NCBI GenBank assembly: GCA_038211695.1
Contig: JBBQVH010000010.1
Coordinates: 2,825 to 66,824 of the forward strand
Source of the DNA: Blastocatellia bacterium
Lineage (GTDB): Bacteria > Acidobacteriota > Blastocatellia > RBC074
DNA length: 64,000 nucleotides
Direction of reading: 5' to 3'
The position numbers and the translations under genes are program-made. The notes beneath the pieces are model-generated. The model worked only from the letters and a program-made list of their open reading frames with translations. It was not told where the DNA came from and did no database searches. This document shows positions 23,552 through 32,798 of the stretch, one piece after another; the first letter of the stretch is position 1; each line of letters opens with the position of its first letter.

Positions 23552-24034
23552 ATGGCACAAAAAACACAGGCAGAACAACCCAAGACCGTCGCGACCAATC
23601 GCGAGGCCTATCACAACTACTTCATCCTCGAAACCTATGAAGCAGGCATCGAGTTGATGGGCACCGAGGTCAAATCCGCGCGCGGTGGCCGCGTCAATCT
23701 GAAAGATGGATACGTGATGGTGCGCGACGGACAGGCCTGGCTGCTGAATGTTCACATCAGCCCCTACACCCACGGCAACCGGCAGAATCACGATCCTGAT
23801 CGCGAACGCCGGTTGCTGATGCACAAACGCGAAATCATTCGCATCCAGTCAAACATTCAAGAAAAGGGATTGACCCTGGTCCCGACCAAACTTTATTTCA
23901 AAGGCAATCTGATCAAATGCGAGATCGGACTGGCAAAAGGCAAAAAGCTGTACGACAAACGTGAAACTGAGGCAAAGAAAACTCAGGAGCGTGAAGCGCG
24001 TACCGCAATGAAAAACAGGATGAGAGATGAATAG
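23552..24034 (+). CDS. smpB: SsrA-binding protein SmpB
   Basis: NREAYHNYFILETYEAGIELMGTEVKS...GNLIKCEIGLAKGKK. The ORF track begins at 23468, but homology starts at M29. Confidence 0.9.
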   Translation: MAQKTQAEQPKTVATNREAYHNYFILETYEAGIELMGTEVKSARGGRVNLKDGYVMVRDGQAWLLNVHISPYTHGNRQNHDPDRERRLLMHKREIIRIQSNIQEKGLTLVPTKLYFKGNLIKCEIGLAKGKKLYDKRETEAKKTQEREARTAMKNRMRDE

Positions 24035-24533
24035 TACGATTTTGATTTTGTTGGCATTGGTCGCAGTGGCCATCGCCGTGGTTGTTCTGCGTAAACGAAA
24101 GACGGCAACAGAAGATGGCGGGCAGAGTGGTTCAACATCAATAGGGGCGGGCGCATCTGGCCCAGCCGCTGATTCCGGCAAAGCGAGCAAAGAATCATCC
24201 AGCGCACCGCTTGGCAGTGCCCCCGATGATGACCGGGTCGTGCTGCAACAGTTGCGCGAAGCTGGGTCGGATTTAAGCAAGCCGCACCAGATTGAGTTTT
24301 GTCTTTACTTCCCGACCGAAGAGGCCGCCGGGAAAGCGGCGGAAAAATTGGAAGCGGAAGGCTTCGATGGCGAGTTGCGCCGCGCGCCGGATTTAACACG
24401 TTGGATGTGTCTGGTGTACCAGCAAATGGTGCCGGAGTTGTCGAAGATCACCGCCGGTAAACGCCGTCTGGCAAAGCTGGCGCAGGAATTCGGTGGCGAG
24501 TATGACGGTTGGGAAACAAACATTGAGAAGTAG
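24027..24533 (+). CDS. Membrane-anchored RraB-like (DUF695) domain protein
   Basis: An N-terminal TM helix, then the segment HQIEFCLYFPTEEAAGKAAEKLEAEGFDGELRR...RWMCLV, which resembles the regulator-of-RNase-activity-B fold. Confidence 0.45.
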   Translation: MNSTILILLALVAVAIAVVVLRKRKTATEDGGQSGSTSIGAGASGPAADSGKASKESSSAPLGSAPDDDRVVLQQLREAGSDLSKPHQIEFCLYFPTEEAAGKAAEKLEAEGFDGELRRAPDLTRWMCLVYQQMVPELSKITAGKRRLAKLAQEFGGEYDGWETNIEK

Positions 24534-24644
24534 TTCGATCAATGCCCGGCAAGCTGCCAGCTTGCCGGTGATTCCAGGATGTGTTCAACCGAGACCCCGA
24601 CAAGCTGGCAGCTTGCCGGACATTTTTTTTGAGGAGCCACGAGA

Positions 24645-26135
24645 ATGGAAGTTAAAGCGGATGCAAGGAAGTTTTACGAGATCGAATGCGACGCGCTGGT
24701 CGTTGGCGTGTACGAAGGCGAAGGCCACAAAGAAGGCACCTTGGCCGAACTGGATAAGCGCATTGGTGGCGTGCTGGCTTCGCTGGTGGAAAATGGAGAG
24801 TTCACCGGCAAGGCGGGCGAATCGGCTTACATTCACAACACCGGCGAGATGAAGGCGCGACGGCTGCTGCTGCTGGGCGCGGGCAAACAGGCCGATTTCA
24901 CCGCCGACAATGTCCGCCGGATGGCAGGCACGGCAACGCGCACATTGCGTAGCAAGAAGCTGCGCAGCTTCGCTTTCCTGCGCCGTTCCCAATTGGCTAT
25001 CGGCGAAAGTGCGCAGGCCGCCACCGAAGGCGCGCTGCTATCACTGTTCGACCCTGACAAATATCACACCAGCGACAAGACAGAGAATCATCTGGAAGCC
25101 ATGATCTTGGCAGCATCAAGTCTGGACGGGGAGGGTGACATCGAAGAGTTAAAGCGTGGCGTTGAACGTGGCCGCATTATCGCCGAAGCCACGAACTTCG
25201 GGCGCGAGATTGTTAATGAACCGTCCAACGTCATGACGCCAACCGCCCTGGCACAGAAGGCCGAAGAGCTGGCCAAGGATTACGGACTGGAACTGGACGT
25301 GCTGGACGAAGCGCAAATGAAAGAGCTTGGGATGGGTTCGCTGCTCGGCGTGGCGCAAGGTTCCGCGGAACCGGCCAAGATGATCGTGCTGCGCTACACG
25401 CCGAAAGTTGATTCCGACGAAACCATCGCCATCGTCGGCAAAGGCGTGACCTTCGACACAGGCGGCATTTCGATCAAACCCGCCGACGGGATGGAGAAAA
25501 TGAAGTACGACATGGCGGGCGGCGCAACGACCCTTTCCGCCATGCGCGCCATCGCGCAGCTCAAGCCCACGGTCAACGTCCTGGGTATCGTCCCAGCGGT
25601 CGAAAACATGCCCGGCGGACGTGCGCAACGCCCGGGCGATGTAGTTCGCGCGATGACCGGCAAAACCATCGAAGTCATCAACACCGACGCCGAAGGCCGG
25701 TTGATTCTGGCCGACGCAGTGGCCTATGCACGACAGCTTGGCGCGACCAAAATCGTTGATCTGGCAACGCTGACCGGCGCGGTTTCGATTGCGTTGGGTG
25801 ACGTATACGTCGCGATTCTGGGCAACAATCAGGATTGGATAAACGAAGTGATCGCGGCGGGCAAAAAGTCCGGCGAGAAGCTTTGGCAACTGCCTTTGGA
25901 CAAAGAGTACCGCGAACAAATCAAGAGCGAGATCGCCGACATCAAAAACGTCGGCGGGCGCAAAGCCGGCACCATCACCGGCGCGTACTTCATCCGCGAA
26001 TTCGTCGAAGACACACCGTGGGCGCATCTGGACATTGCAGGTACAGCCTGGAACGACAGCAACAAACCGTATTTGTCGGTCGGCCCCACGGGCGTTTGCG
26101 TGCGGACGCTGGTCAATCTGGTGTGTCGTGACTGA
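24645..26135 (+). CDS. pepA: Leucyl aminopeptidase (M17)
   Basis: NTDAEGRLILADA signature, VGKGVTFDTGGISIKP, MKYDMAGGA. Confidence 0.9.
   Translation: MEVKADARKFYEIECDALVVGVYEGEGHKEGTLAELDKRIGGVLASLVENGEFTGKAGESAYIHNTGEMKARRLLLLGAGKQADFTADNVRRMAGTATRTLRSKKLRSFAFLRRSQLAIGESAQAATEGALLSLFDPDKYHTSDKTENHLEAMILAASSLDGEGDIEELKRGVERGRIIAEATNFGREIVNEPSNVMTPTALAQKAEELAKDYGLELDVLDEAQMKELGMGSLLGVAQGSAEPAKMIVLRYTPKVDSDETIAIVGKGVTFDTGGISIKPADGMEKMKYDMAGGATTLSAMRAIAQLKPTVNVLGIVPAVENMPGGRAQRPGDVVRAMTGKTIEVINTDAEGRLILADAVAYARQLGATKIVDLATLTGAVSIALGDVYVAILGNNQDWINEVIAAGKKSGEKLWQLPLDKEYREQIKSEIADIKNVGGRKAGTITGAYFIREFVEDTPWAHLDIAGTAWNDSNKPYLSVGPTGVCVRTLVNLVCRD
26093..26135. repeat. Left copy of an imperfect direct repeat (the pepA 3' end) bounding the island
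   Basis: ggcgtttgcgtgcGGACGCTGGTCAATCTGGTgtgtcgtgactga encodes GVCVRTLVNLVCRD*. A 19-nt identical core recurs at 31056-31074. Confidence 0.7.
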
Positions 26136-26162
26136 GGAAGAGAAGGCAAATTCGGTAGAGCG

Positions 26163-26648
26163 ATGTCGGTAATGGACATTTACAGCAAGGAAAAAAGAAG
26201 TCAGATAATGTCCGCAGTCCGTTCTTCGGGAACGAAGCCGGAACTCATCGTCAGAAAGGCATTACATTCTCTAGGATTCCGCTTTCGCCTTCATAGCAAG
26301 GCGCTTCCCGGGAAACCGAATATTGTTCTGCCTAAACATAAAGCAGTTGTTTTCGTCCATGGATGTTTTTGGCATCACCACAAGGGATGTGGGAAGTCCA
26401 AGCTTCCCACATCGAATGCCGAATTTTGGCAGACGAAAATATTCGAGAATGTTCGGCGAGATAAGAAAACCATATCGCATCTCAGGAGACTTGGCTGGCG
26501 GGTTTTAATTGTTTGGGAATGTGAAACCAAAGGCGGCATATTCATCAAAAAGCTATACCGTTTCTTCAAGCTGACATGCCCATCGCCCGCTGCAATGTCA
26601 GTCATCAGCCGGGGAAATAAGAGGTCACGCAATGTCGCAACAAGCTAG
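26163..26648 (+). CDS. vsr: Very-short-patch repair endonuclease Vsr
   Basis: RSQIMSAVRSSGTKPELIVRKALHSLGFRFRLH...GKPNIVLPKHKAVVFVHGCFWHHH...LGWRVLIVWECE lines up with canonical Vsr along its whole length. Confidence 0.85.
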   Translation: MSVMDIYSKEKRSQIMSAVRSSGTKPELIVRKALHSLGFRFRLHSKALPGKPNIVLPKHKAVVFVHGCFWHHHKGCGKSKLPTSNAEFWQTKIFENVRRDKKTISHLRRLGWRVLIVWECETKGGIFIKKLYRFFKLTCPSPAAMSVISRGNKRSRNVATS

Positions 26649-28812
26649 GCAATCAAGCGAATCGGAGAAAATCCCGTTCCGCATGCACCCGAGAGTATTC
26701 GAGTCACTGGGTGCGGACTTAGTTACAAGTGACGCTGTGGCAATCATTGAGTTGGTGAAGAACTCTTACGATGCCCACGCAACGAGAGTGGACGTGCGCT
26801 TGAAGAAGAGTACCGAAGATAACGAGTTAATATTGGAGATTGAAGATAACGGCTCCGGTATGAACCATGAGGTAATTGAAAATGCCTGGGCAGTCGTCGC
26901 CACTCCCTACCGCGTCAAGCAAACCAACAGCAAGCAAGGACGAAAAGGGCGGAGAGCTTCCGGCGAAAAAGGGCTTGGAAGGCTATCCGCAGCGCGTTTG
27001 GGCAACAACTTGGAGATGTTTACCAAGCCCGCGAATGAAGATTGTTGGCAAGTAAAAGTTGATTGGGGCATTCTGGCGGCCTCGGATGATTTGAGTTCCT
27101 GCGAAATCCAACTTCAAAAATACAATGGCAATCCTCTTGCCGGGCGCACCGGCACGCTGATACGAATTTGTGAGTTAAAGAGTAATTGGGATGACGAAAA
27201 GATCGCTGAGCTTAAGGATTTGCTATCTAGATTGATTCCCCCCTTTGCTCGGGTTGAAGACTTTAAGATTTGGCTGACTCTTCCAGGTGAAAAAGAGGCA
27301 GAGTCTGAAGAAATTGAACCAGCAAAGTTTCTTTCCAAGCCGCCATACCTGCTGAAAGGGAGTGTAGATAAGTCAGGCAGAGCCAACTGCACCTACACTT
27401 ATGCTCCGCTACAAGGAGCGAGTCGCACGGTTGAGATTGTCCGTGAATTATGGGCTAGCAATTTCGTTGCGGCGGACAACGATCAAGACGACGGTCAAGA
27501 AGTGAACCAAGTGCCCGAGTGTGGGCCATTCAAGTTTGAGATAAGAGTTTGGGATCTCGATAAAGACGCTGAGACGTTTAAGGAAATCTCGCAAGAATTC
27601 AATTTGAATCTTGCGATGCTACGCAGAACCATAAAAAACTATCAGGGACTGTCACTCTATCGCGATGAAATACTGGTTTTGCCAAAATCGGAATCGGCAA
27701 GGGACTGGTTGGGACTTGATCTGCGCCGTGTGAGCAAAACCGGCAAGAGGGTAGGCACCAGTCAACTCATTGGCTACTTGGCAGCTACAGCCGAAAACAA
27801 TCCGAGTCTCAAAGATACAAGTGATCGCGAAAGGCTGGTTGATAATCAGGCCGCTAGGGATTTCAAAAAGCTCTTGTGGGAAATTGCCGGGCTATTGGAG
27901 AACGAGAGAGAGAAGGATCGGCTGGAAATTCGTAAACAGCGATCTTTGAAGGATTTGTTTACTGCACTTTCAACCAAGCCTCTCATTGAGCGGATGTCGG
28001 CTGCCGTGGCACAGGGAGTCGAAGCTAAAAAACTGCTCCCGCTGGTGGAAGAACATGGTGTTGAGGTTGAAAAAGCTATCGGTGAAATTGAGCAAACACT
28101 TATTTATTACAATCAACTCGCCAATCTTGGTGCTTTAGCAGCGGTGTTAGTGCATGAGGTCGGAAATAGGGTAGGCATTATAGGACGATTAACGCGGCGG
28201 ATTCGTAAGCTCATTGAAAGGAAAGATGCTTCCGCTTTGACAGTCGAAGAAGATTTGGGGCGTGCTGAACAGAGCGAGCGTGCCCTTAATCGGTTAGTTG
28301 ACCATCTCGCTCCCCTTGCAAGCCGCACGTTTCGTACCCGGCGACGTGACTCCAACCTCGAAGAGACAATTCTGAATTGCGTGGGAATGCGTGAAGAAGA
28401 GATCAAAGCTAAAAAAATCACCGTCGAGTATAAATCCGATTTGCCTTATGTTGTGGCGATTGACCCGGGCGAGCTTGACGGTATCATCCTCAACTTGCTC
28501 GACAATGCTATTCATTGGCTTTCAACTGTCAAAGATCGCCCGCGCCGCATAGAGTTTCGAGCCTTGCCAAGTAACAAAACATTGCGGGTTAAGATTGAGG
28601 TGCATGACTCTGGCCCTGGCGTAGATAAAGATGATGGAGAACGGATTTTTTTACCAGGAGTCTCCCGTAAGACAGGGGGGCTTGGCATGGGGCTTTTCGT
28701 TGTTGGAGAACTGGTAGCACAGCACAATGGAGCGTTTCATTTGATTACCACGCCGGCACTAGGTGGGGCAAGCTTTGGCTTCGATCTGCCACTTTCCGAG
28801 AGGGCAAAATGA
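26632..28812 (+). CDS. Fusion protein: N-terminal MutL/MORC/HSP90-type GHKL ATPase (HATPase_c_3-like), a central unknown region, and a C-terminal histidine-kinase core (H-box plus HATPase_c)
   Basis: N-terminus: AIIELVKNSYDAHA (N-box), IEDNGSGM (G1), GEKGLGRLS (G2). C-terminus: VLVHEVGNRVGII (H-box-like), ILNLLDNAIHWL (N), VHDSGPGVDKD (G1), GGLGMGLFVVGELV (G2). It overlaps the vsr stop and the next gene start. Confidence 0.7.
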   Translation: MSQQARQSSESEKIPFRMHPRVFESLGADLVTSDAVAIIELVKNSYDAHATRVDVRLKKSTEDNELILEIEDNGSGMNHEVIENAWAVVATPYRVKQTNSKQGRKGRRASGEKGLGRLSAARLGNNLEMFTKPANEDCWQVKVDWGILAASDDLSSCEIQLQKYNGNPLAGRTGTLIRICELKSNWDDEKIAELKDLLSRLIPPFARVEDFKIWLTLPGEKEAESEEIEPAKFLSKPPYLLKGSVDKSGRANCTYTYAPLQGASRTVEIVRELWASNFVAADNDQDDGQEVNQVPECGPFKFEIRVWDLDKDAETFKEISQEFNLNLAMLRRTIKNYQGLSLYRDEILVLPKSESARDWLGLDLRRVSKTGKRVGTSQLIGYLAATAENNPSLKDTSDRERLVDNQAARDFKKLLWEIAGLLENEREKDRLEIRKQRSLKDLFTALSTKPLIERMSAAVAQGVEAKKLLPLVEEHGVEVEKAIGEIEQTLIYYNQLANLGALAAVLVHEVGNRVGIIGRLTRRIRKLIERKDASALTVEEDLGRAEQSERALNRLVDHLAPLASRTFRTRRRDSNLEETILNCVGMREEEIKAKKITVEYKSDLPYVVAIDPGELDGIILNLLDNAIHWLSTVKDRPRRIEFRALPSNKTLRVKIEVHDSGPGVDKDDGERIFLPGVSRKTGGLGMGLFVVGELVAQHNGAFHLITTPALGGASFGFDLPLSERAK

Positions 28813-29963
28813 GTGAAAAAGGTGATGACAAAGTTTGGGTACTGATTGTTGAGGATACGCGTGATAGAGCAGTTACTCTTCGGCAAGAAATCATTGAAAG
28901 GTTGGGGAATGACGTTGAGATTGTCATCGAAGAAGATCACGAGAAAGCCTCGCAGGTCTTACTTCGCCCGCATCCTTACGATGTTGTGATCCTTGACTTG
29001 TTTCGCGGCAATCCGACAAACGGGGATAAGGCGGGCCAAGTTCTTTGGCAGGAAATATTGAATGTAAAGTTCGTCCCCGTGCTTGTTCATACTGCTGGTG
29101 CTTGTGACCTTGAACCGCCTTTTCCCGAAAAACACCCGATTCTTCGCTGCTTCCCGAAAACTTCCGATAGTGATGTGAAGATAGCTGAACACCTGTTGTC
29201 AATTCGCAAGTACGTTATGGAGTTAAGAGAAGTGCAGCAGGAGATCAATGCTGCATTCAAAAGCGTTCTCCTGGTCACGTCGGCAACCATCTGGAAAGAG
29301 GAAGCTGATGAGGAACAGCGTGCTCAATTGCTTCTACGAAGCGCGCGAAGACGAATGGCGGCGACAATGGATTCTGCCACTCAGGTCAGTCAGGAAAAGC
29401 TTCTGTTTTGGGAGCAGTATATTTACCCGCCTATGGAGCCAAGCTTATTGATGGGAGATTTGCTGCGCGCCAAAGACAAAGACAAGCATGATCCGACAGC
29501 TTACCGGCTTGTCTTGACGCCTTCTTGCGATTTGGCTTCCGGAGTCGGCCGCCGCACTATCTGCGACGTTTTAGTAGCAAAGTGTCAGAGTAGAGAGGCT
29601 TATGTGAAGGCGGTTGGCGTGACGATCGGAGATTCGATGACTGACAAAAATAAGGAGCGACTGGCAAGGTCGTTCAACGATGCGCATTACGGCAGCCATG
29701 TCTTTTTGCCGGAGTACAAGTCTGTCCTTCCAACGATGGCCGCTTGCTTGCGTGACTTGGAATTGATTCCGATCAACGAGATTGCATCACAAGATGAATC
29801 GAATGGAAAGTTCACCAGAGTTGTTTCGATTGATAGTCCCTTCCGAGAACAAATAGCGTGGGCTTATCTTCAAATTGCCGCAAGACCGGGAATGCCCGAA
29901 CGTGATTCGGAGCGATGCATTCAAGATAATTTTGCGCCGTCAGAGCCATCCGTAATCTCATAA
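28809..29963 (+). CDS. Receiver (REC)-like domain protein with an unrecognised C-terminal domain of about 270 aa (candidate effector)
   Basis: N-terminus VLIVEDTRD...YDVVILDLF(Asp)...VPVLVHTAG fits the CheY-like receiver layout. The C-terminal two-thirds has no motif I recognise. ATGA overlap with the upstream kinase-like gene. Confidence 0.6.
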   Translation: MSEKGDDKVWVLIVEDTRDRAVTLRQEIIERLGNDVEIVIEEDHEKASQVLLRPHPYDVVILDLFRGNPTNGDKAGQVLWQEILNVKFVPVLVHTAGACDLEPPFPEKHPILRCFPKTSDSDVKIAEHLLSIRKYVMELREVQQEINAAFKSVLLVTSATIWKEEADEEQRAQLLLRSARRRMAATMDSATQVSQEKLLFWEQYIYPPMEPSLLMGDLLRAKDKDKHDPTAYRLVLTPSCDLASGVGRRTICDVLVAKCQSREAYVKAVGVTIGDSMTDKNKERLARSFNDAHYGSHVFLPEYKSVLPTMAACLRDLELIPINEIASQDESNGKFTRVVSIDSPFREQIAWAYLQIAARPGMPERDSERCIQDNFAPSEPSVIS

Positions 29964-29983
29964 TTTTTGAAGGTGATTAAACG

Positions 29984-31040
29984 ATGATTGCGATTGATTT
30001 CTTTTGCGGGGCTGATGGGCCAACCCGAGGGTTGCTGAACGCCGGAATTGAAGTCCGATTTGGAATTGATTATGACGCAGTATGCCGTGAGACTTACGAG
30101 ACAAACAATCAGCCTGCACACTTCCTTAAAGCGGATGTGAAAACGCTTGAAGTCGCGGATATTCGAAGAGAGATTGGTGAGATTGATTCTGACAATTTGT
30201 TACTCGCCGCGTGCGCTCCATGCCAACCTTTCTCACAACTCAACCGTGGAGGAATCAATGATGATGAGGCGACATTGCTCGGGCGGTTCGGGCGATTTGT
30301 TCAAGACTTGCAACCCCGCTACGTGTTTGCGGAGAACGTTCCGGGCCTCAGCCGTGTTCCCGGCCAGAGCACGCATAAGAGATTCCATCGCATGCTGAAA
30401 AAACTCGAATACGGTGTCTGGGAGGGCGTGCTTGATGCGAAGTCGTATGGTGTCCCGCAAACCCGCCGCCGATTCATCATGATTGCGATTCGCGGAATTG
30501 AGCCGACCGCTCCGCCACACACACACGGGCGGGGAGCGGGTTTACTTCCTTTTGAAACGGTGGGGAATGCAATCAGAGATCAGCGTCACTATCCGCCAAT
30601 CCAAGCCGGAGAAACGCATCCGGCAGTCCCTAATCACAGGGCAGCCATTCTCTCCGCCGTTAACCTCGAGCGAATTCGTCATATCTCCTTGCAATGGAGG
30701 GGAACGAACTGCTTGGCCTCAGCACCTATGGCTGAAATGCTATTCGAACGGGCATACCGGCCACACTGACATCTATGGCCGAATGAAATGGGAAGCACCC
30801 TCGCCGACGCTTACTTGCAAATGCATCAGTCTTTCTAATGGCAGGTATGGTCATCCCGAGCAAGATCGTGCCATTTCATTACGCGAAGCTGCGAAACTGC
30901 AAAGTTTCGATGACGATTATGTCTTCCAGGCCGACGGACTTATGCAAGCGGCAAAACAGATCGGGAATGCCGTACCAGTAAAATTTGCCGAAGCGATTGG
31001 GTTGCATATTCGAAGGCTTGCCGGAGAACTCAGCCATTAG
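29984..31040 (+). pseudogene. dcm: Dcm-type DNA (cytosine-5) methyltransferase, interrupted by a single frameshift near 30680-30690
   Basis: Frame 1 carries motifs I (FCGADG), IV (PCQPFS), VI (ENV) and VIII (QTRRRF), and runs to ...NLERIRHIS. Frame 2 continues SPCNGG...YGRMKWEAPSPT...EAAKLQSFDDDYVF...GNAVPV (motifs IX/X). The ORF track shows two overlapping ORFs, 29984..30769 and 30483..31040. Confidence 0.75.
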
Positions 31041-31042
31041 CC

Positions 31043-31084
31043 AGCGTCTTTGTGTGGACGCTGGTCAATCTGGTCTGCGGCTGA
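31043..31084. repeat. Right copy of the direct repeat, a vestigial pepA 3' end
   Basis: gtctttgtgtGGACGCTGGTCAATCTGGTctgcggctga translates as VFVWTLVNLVCG*, a degenerate copy of the PepA C-terminus, immediately after the dcm stop. Confidence 0.7.
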
Positions 31085-31098
31085 CAGCCATCTTATTT

Positions 31099-31665
31099 TC
31101 ACGGTTCCAAATTCAGCCGCCGATCGTCATACAACCGTATGTGGTCGGCGGCTTGCCATTGGGCCAATTGGACGATCTGGCCAGTGTGATAGCTGAAGTG
31201 CTCAACCACATGAAAAACCGCGTCGAACACCGTTTGAGCGTAACCTTGCGGCACGCATTCACGTTGCATGGGCGCGTCAGATTGTGCGGCTGCCAATTCA
31301 TCCTCCAATCCCGCCAACACGGCATCTACTTCATCCAGCGTTCTCGTCAGCAAGATAATCAACTCGTCTTTGCCAATCCCTTCGCGTGCGGCGAATTCGC
31401 TGGCGCGTTGGCGCGTGTCCGCCGCGCCGCCGATGCCGGCAATGATCCACTGGCGCACGTTGCCCACCAGATGCAGAATCAGATTGCCGATGCTGTTGCT
31501 GGCCTCGTTTGGGTGCCACCAAACTTGTTCGTCGTCTAATTCAGCCAGCGCGGCGCTGATCTTGATGAAATAATCTTCGCGCAATCGGAAGCGCGCCTGC
31601 CGCAGAAAGGCAAGTCCGGCAGGCAGTGGCGCGGCAGGTGGTTCAAGTAAAAATGATCTTTTCAT
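31099..31665 (-). CDS. DinB/YfiT-like (DUF1572) family protein
   Basis: EDYF...L..LDDEQVWWHPNEASNSIGNLILHLVGN...HVVEHFSYHTGQI matches the DinB_2 four-helix-bundle pattern. The N-terminus overlaps the tail of the adjacent transposase ORF, so the start is uncertain. Confidence 0.6.
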   Translation of the reverse strand: MKRSFLLEPPAAPLPAGLAFLRQARFRLREDYFIKISAALAELDDEQVWWHPNEASNSIGNLILHLVGNVRQWIIAGIGGAADTRQRASEFAAREGIGKDELIILLTRTLDEVDAVLAGLEDELAAAQSDAPMQRECVPQGYAQTVFDAVFHVVEHFSYHTGQIVQLAQWQAADHIRLYDDRRLNLEP

Positions 31666-32579
31666 TCGGCAATATCTCCTTCCTTAAACTCTCGAATGCT
31701 GATTCGCAAACCTTCTTTCTGAGCGGGATCGGACGTCTTACCCTGTTACGGGCAAAATGCCAACAGCCAAGAGTGCCTTGCCTCGTAAGTGCGAACAGAG
31801 TTTCAATGCCCCATCTTTCCTTGTATTCCCGGTGCGGCTCCGGCGAGTGTTCCGCCGAAACCGGAATCAGGTACTCGCCCGATCCGAGGTAACAACCGCT
31901 TAGATACAGTTCCATCCCCCACATCTGACGCGCTTCGGGCAGGACTAACATCTGATTGACTCTGGTTGAGGTGAATAATCGCCAGGCGTGAACCAGCTTC
32001 CCGCGACTGTTGCAAACCGGCGTATCCTTCTTCAAGCGCATCCGGAATTTGATCCGATGCTGACGCAGAAAACGGAACCATCGTTTGCCGACAAACTCGC
32101 GATCGCCCAATAAACATTGGATATTTTGCGCGCCGAAGAGGTCAATGAAAATCTCGATCAGCGTCTCTCGCTCGATCGTGTCGGAGTTGCCGGTCTTGGG
32201 CAGCGGCAACCAAACGACTGGAAACCCGATCCCGCGATAAACGATTGAGAGCATCAAAATGTTGACGTCAACGGCACCGACTTTCCAGGCGCGTCCGATC
32301 CAGCGCCAGCGTGTAGGGGCCTTCGTCGCCGAGCAGTTTGACGACAAAGTGGGACAGTTCGGCATAAGGCAATTCGAAGTTGTGGAGGAACCGTTGGAGC
32401 CGTTTGTAGTTCGACTCTTCTTTGGCGTTGCCGGAAAAGGCCGTCGCGAGAATCGAGAGGTTGACGGTCCGGACCGCGTAAAGCGCCAACAGAAAGCGCG
32501 TCACAAATTTGATGCGAGCTTTGTTCCAAGGTAAATTCTCAAGCAACGTTTGCTCAAGTGAGCGAATGTCGAGTGCCAT
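31643..32579 (-). mobile_element. IS4/IS5-superfamily DDE transposase gene, split by a frameshift (ORFs 32268..32579 and 31643..32365). The IS ends were not identified.
   Basis: N-terminal ORF LLENLPWNKARIKFVTRFLLALYAVRTVNLSILATAF...YKRLQRFL; C-terminal ORF with DREF...KERWGIETLFALTRQ (DDE_Tnp_1-like). The two overlap by about 100 nt in different frames. Confidence 0.6.
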
Positions 32580-32798
32580 CGTGCGATCTCCTTTCAGTTT
32601 TGGTGGACCGAAAGTTTAATCGTGCGATGGCCTTAGCCGTCAAGCCCACAAGTCAGACTCATTTTTTGTCCTGTAGAGAAGTGTCAGGCACTACGTTTTC
32701 AACTACTTTCCCAACCACGCCTGGGGCGTACAAAACCGTTGGCGGAAGAAAAAGCACGGTCATCCCAGAAGATGAAAACCCGGATTGCTTTGTTACTA

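Noticed and set aside
25149-26027. 292-aa minus-strand ORF antisense to pepA
   Set aside because: Overlaps the strongly conserved M17 peptidase. No motifs. A GC-driven open frame.
26136-31045. Integrase or recombinase within the island
   Set aside because: None of the four island ORFs or the flanking 500 bp shows tyrosine or serine recombinase motifs, so the island is reported as integrase-less and possibly immobilised.
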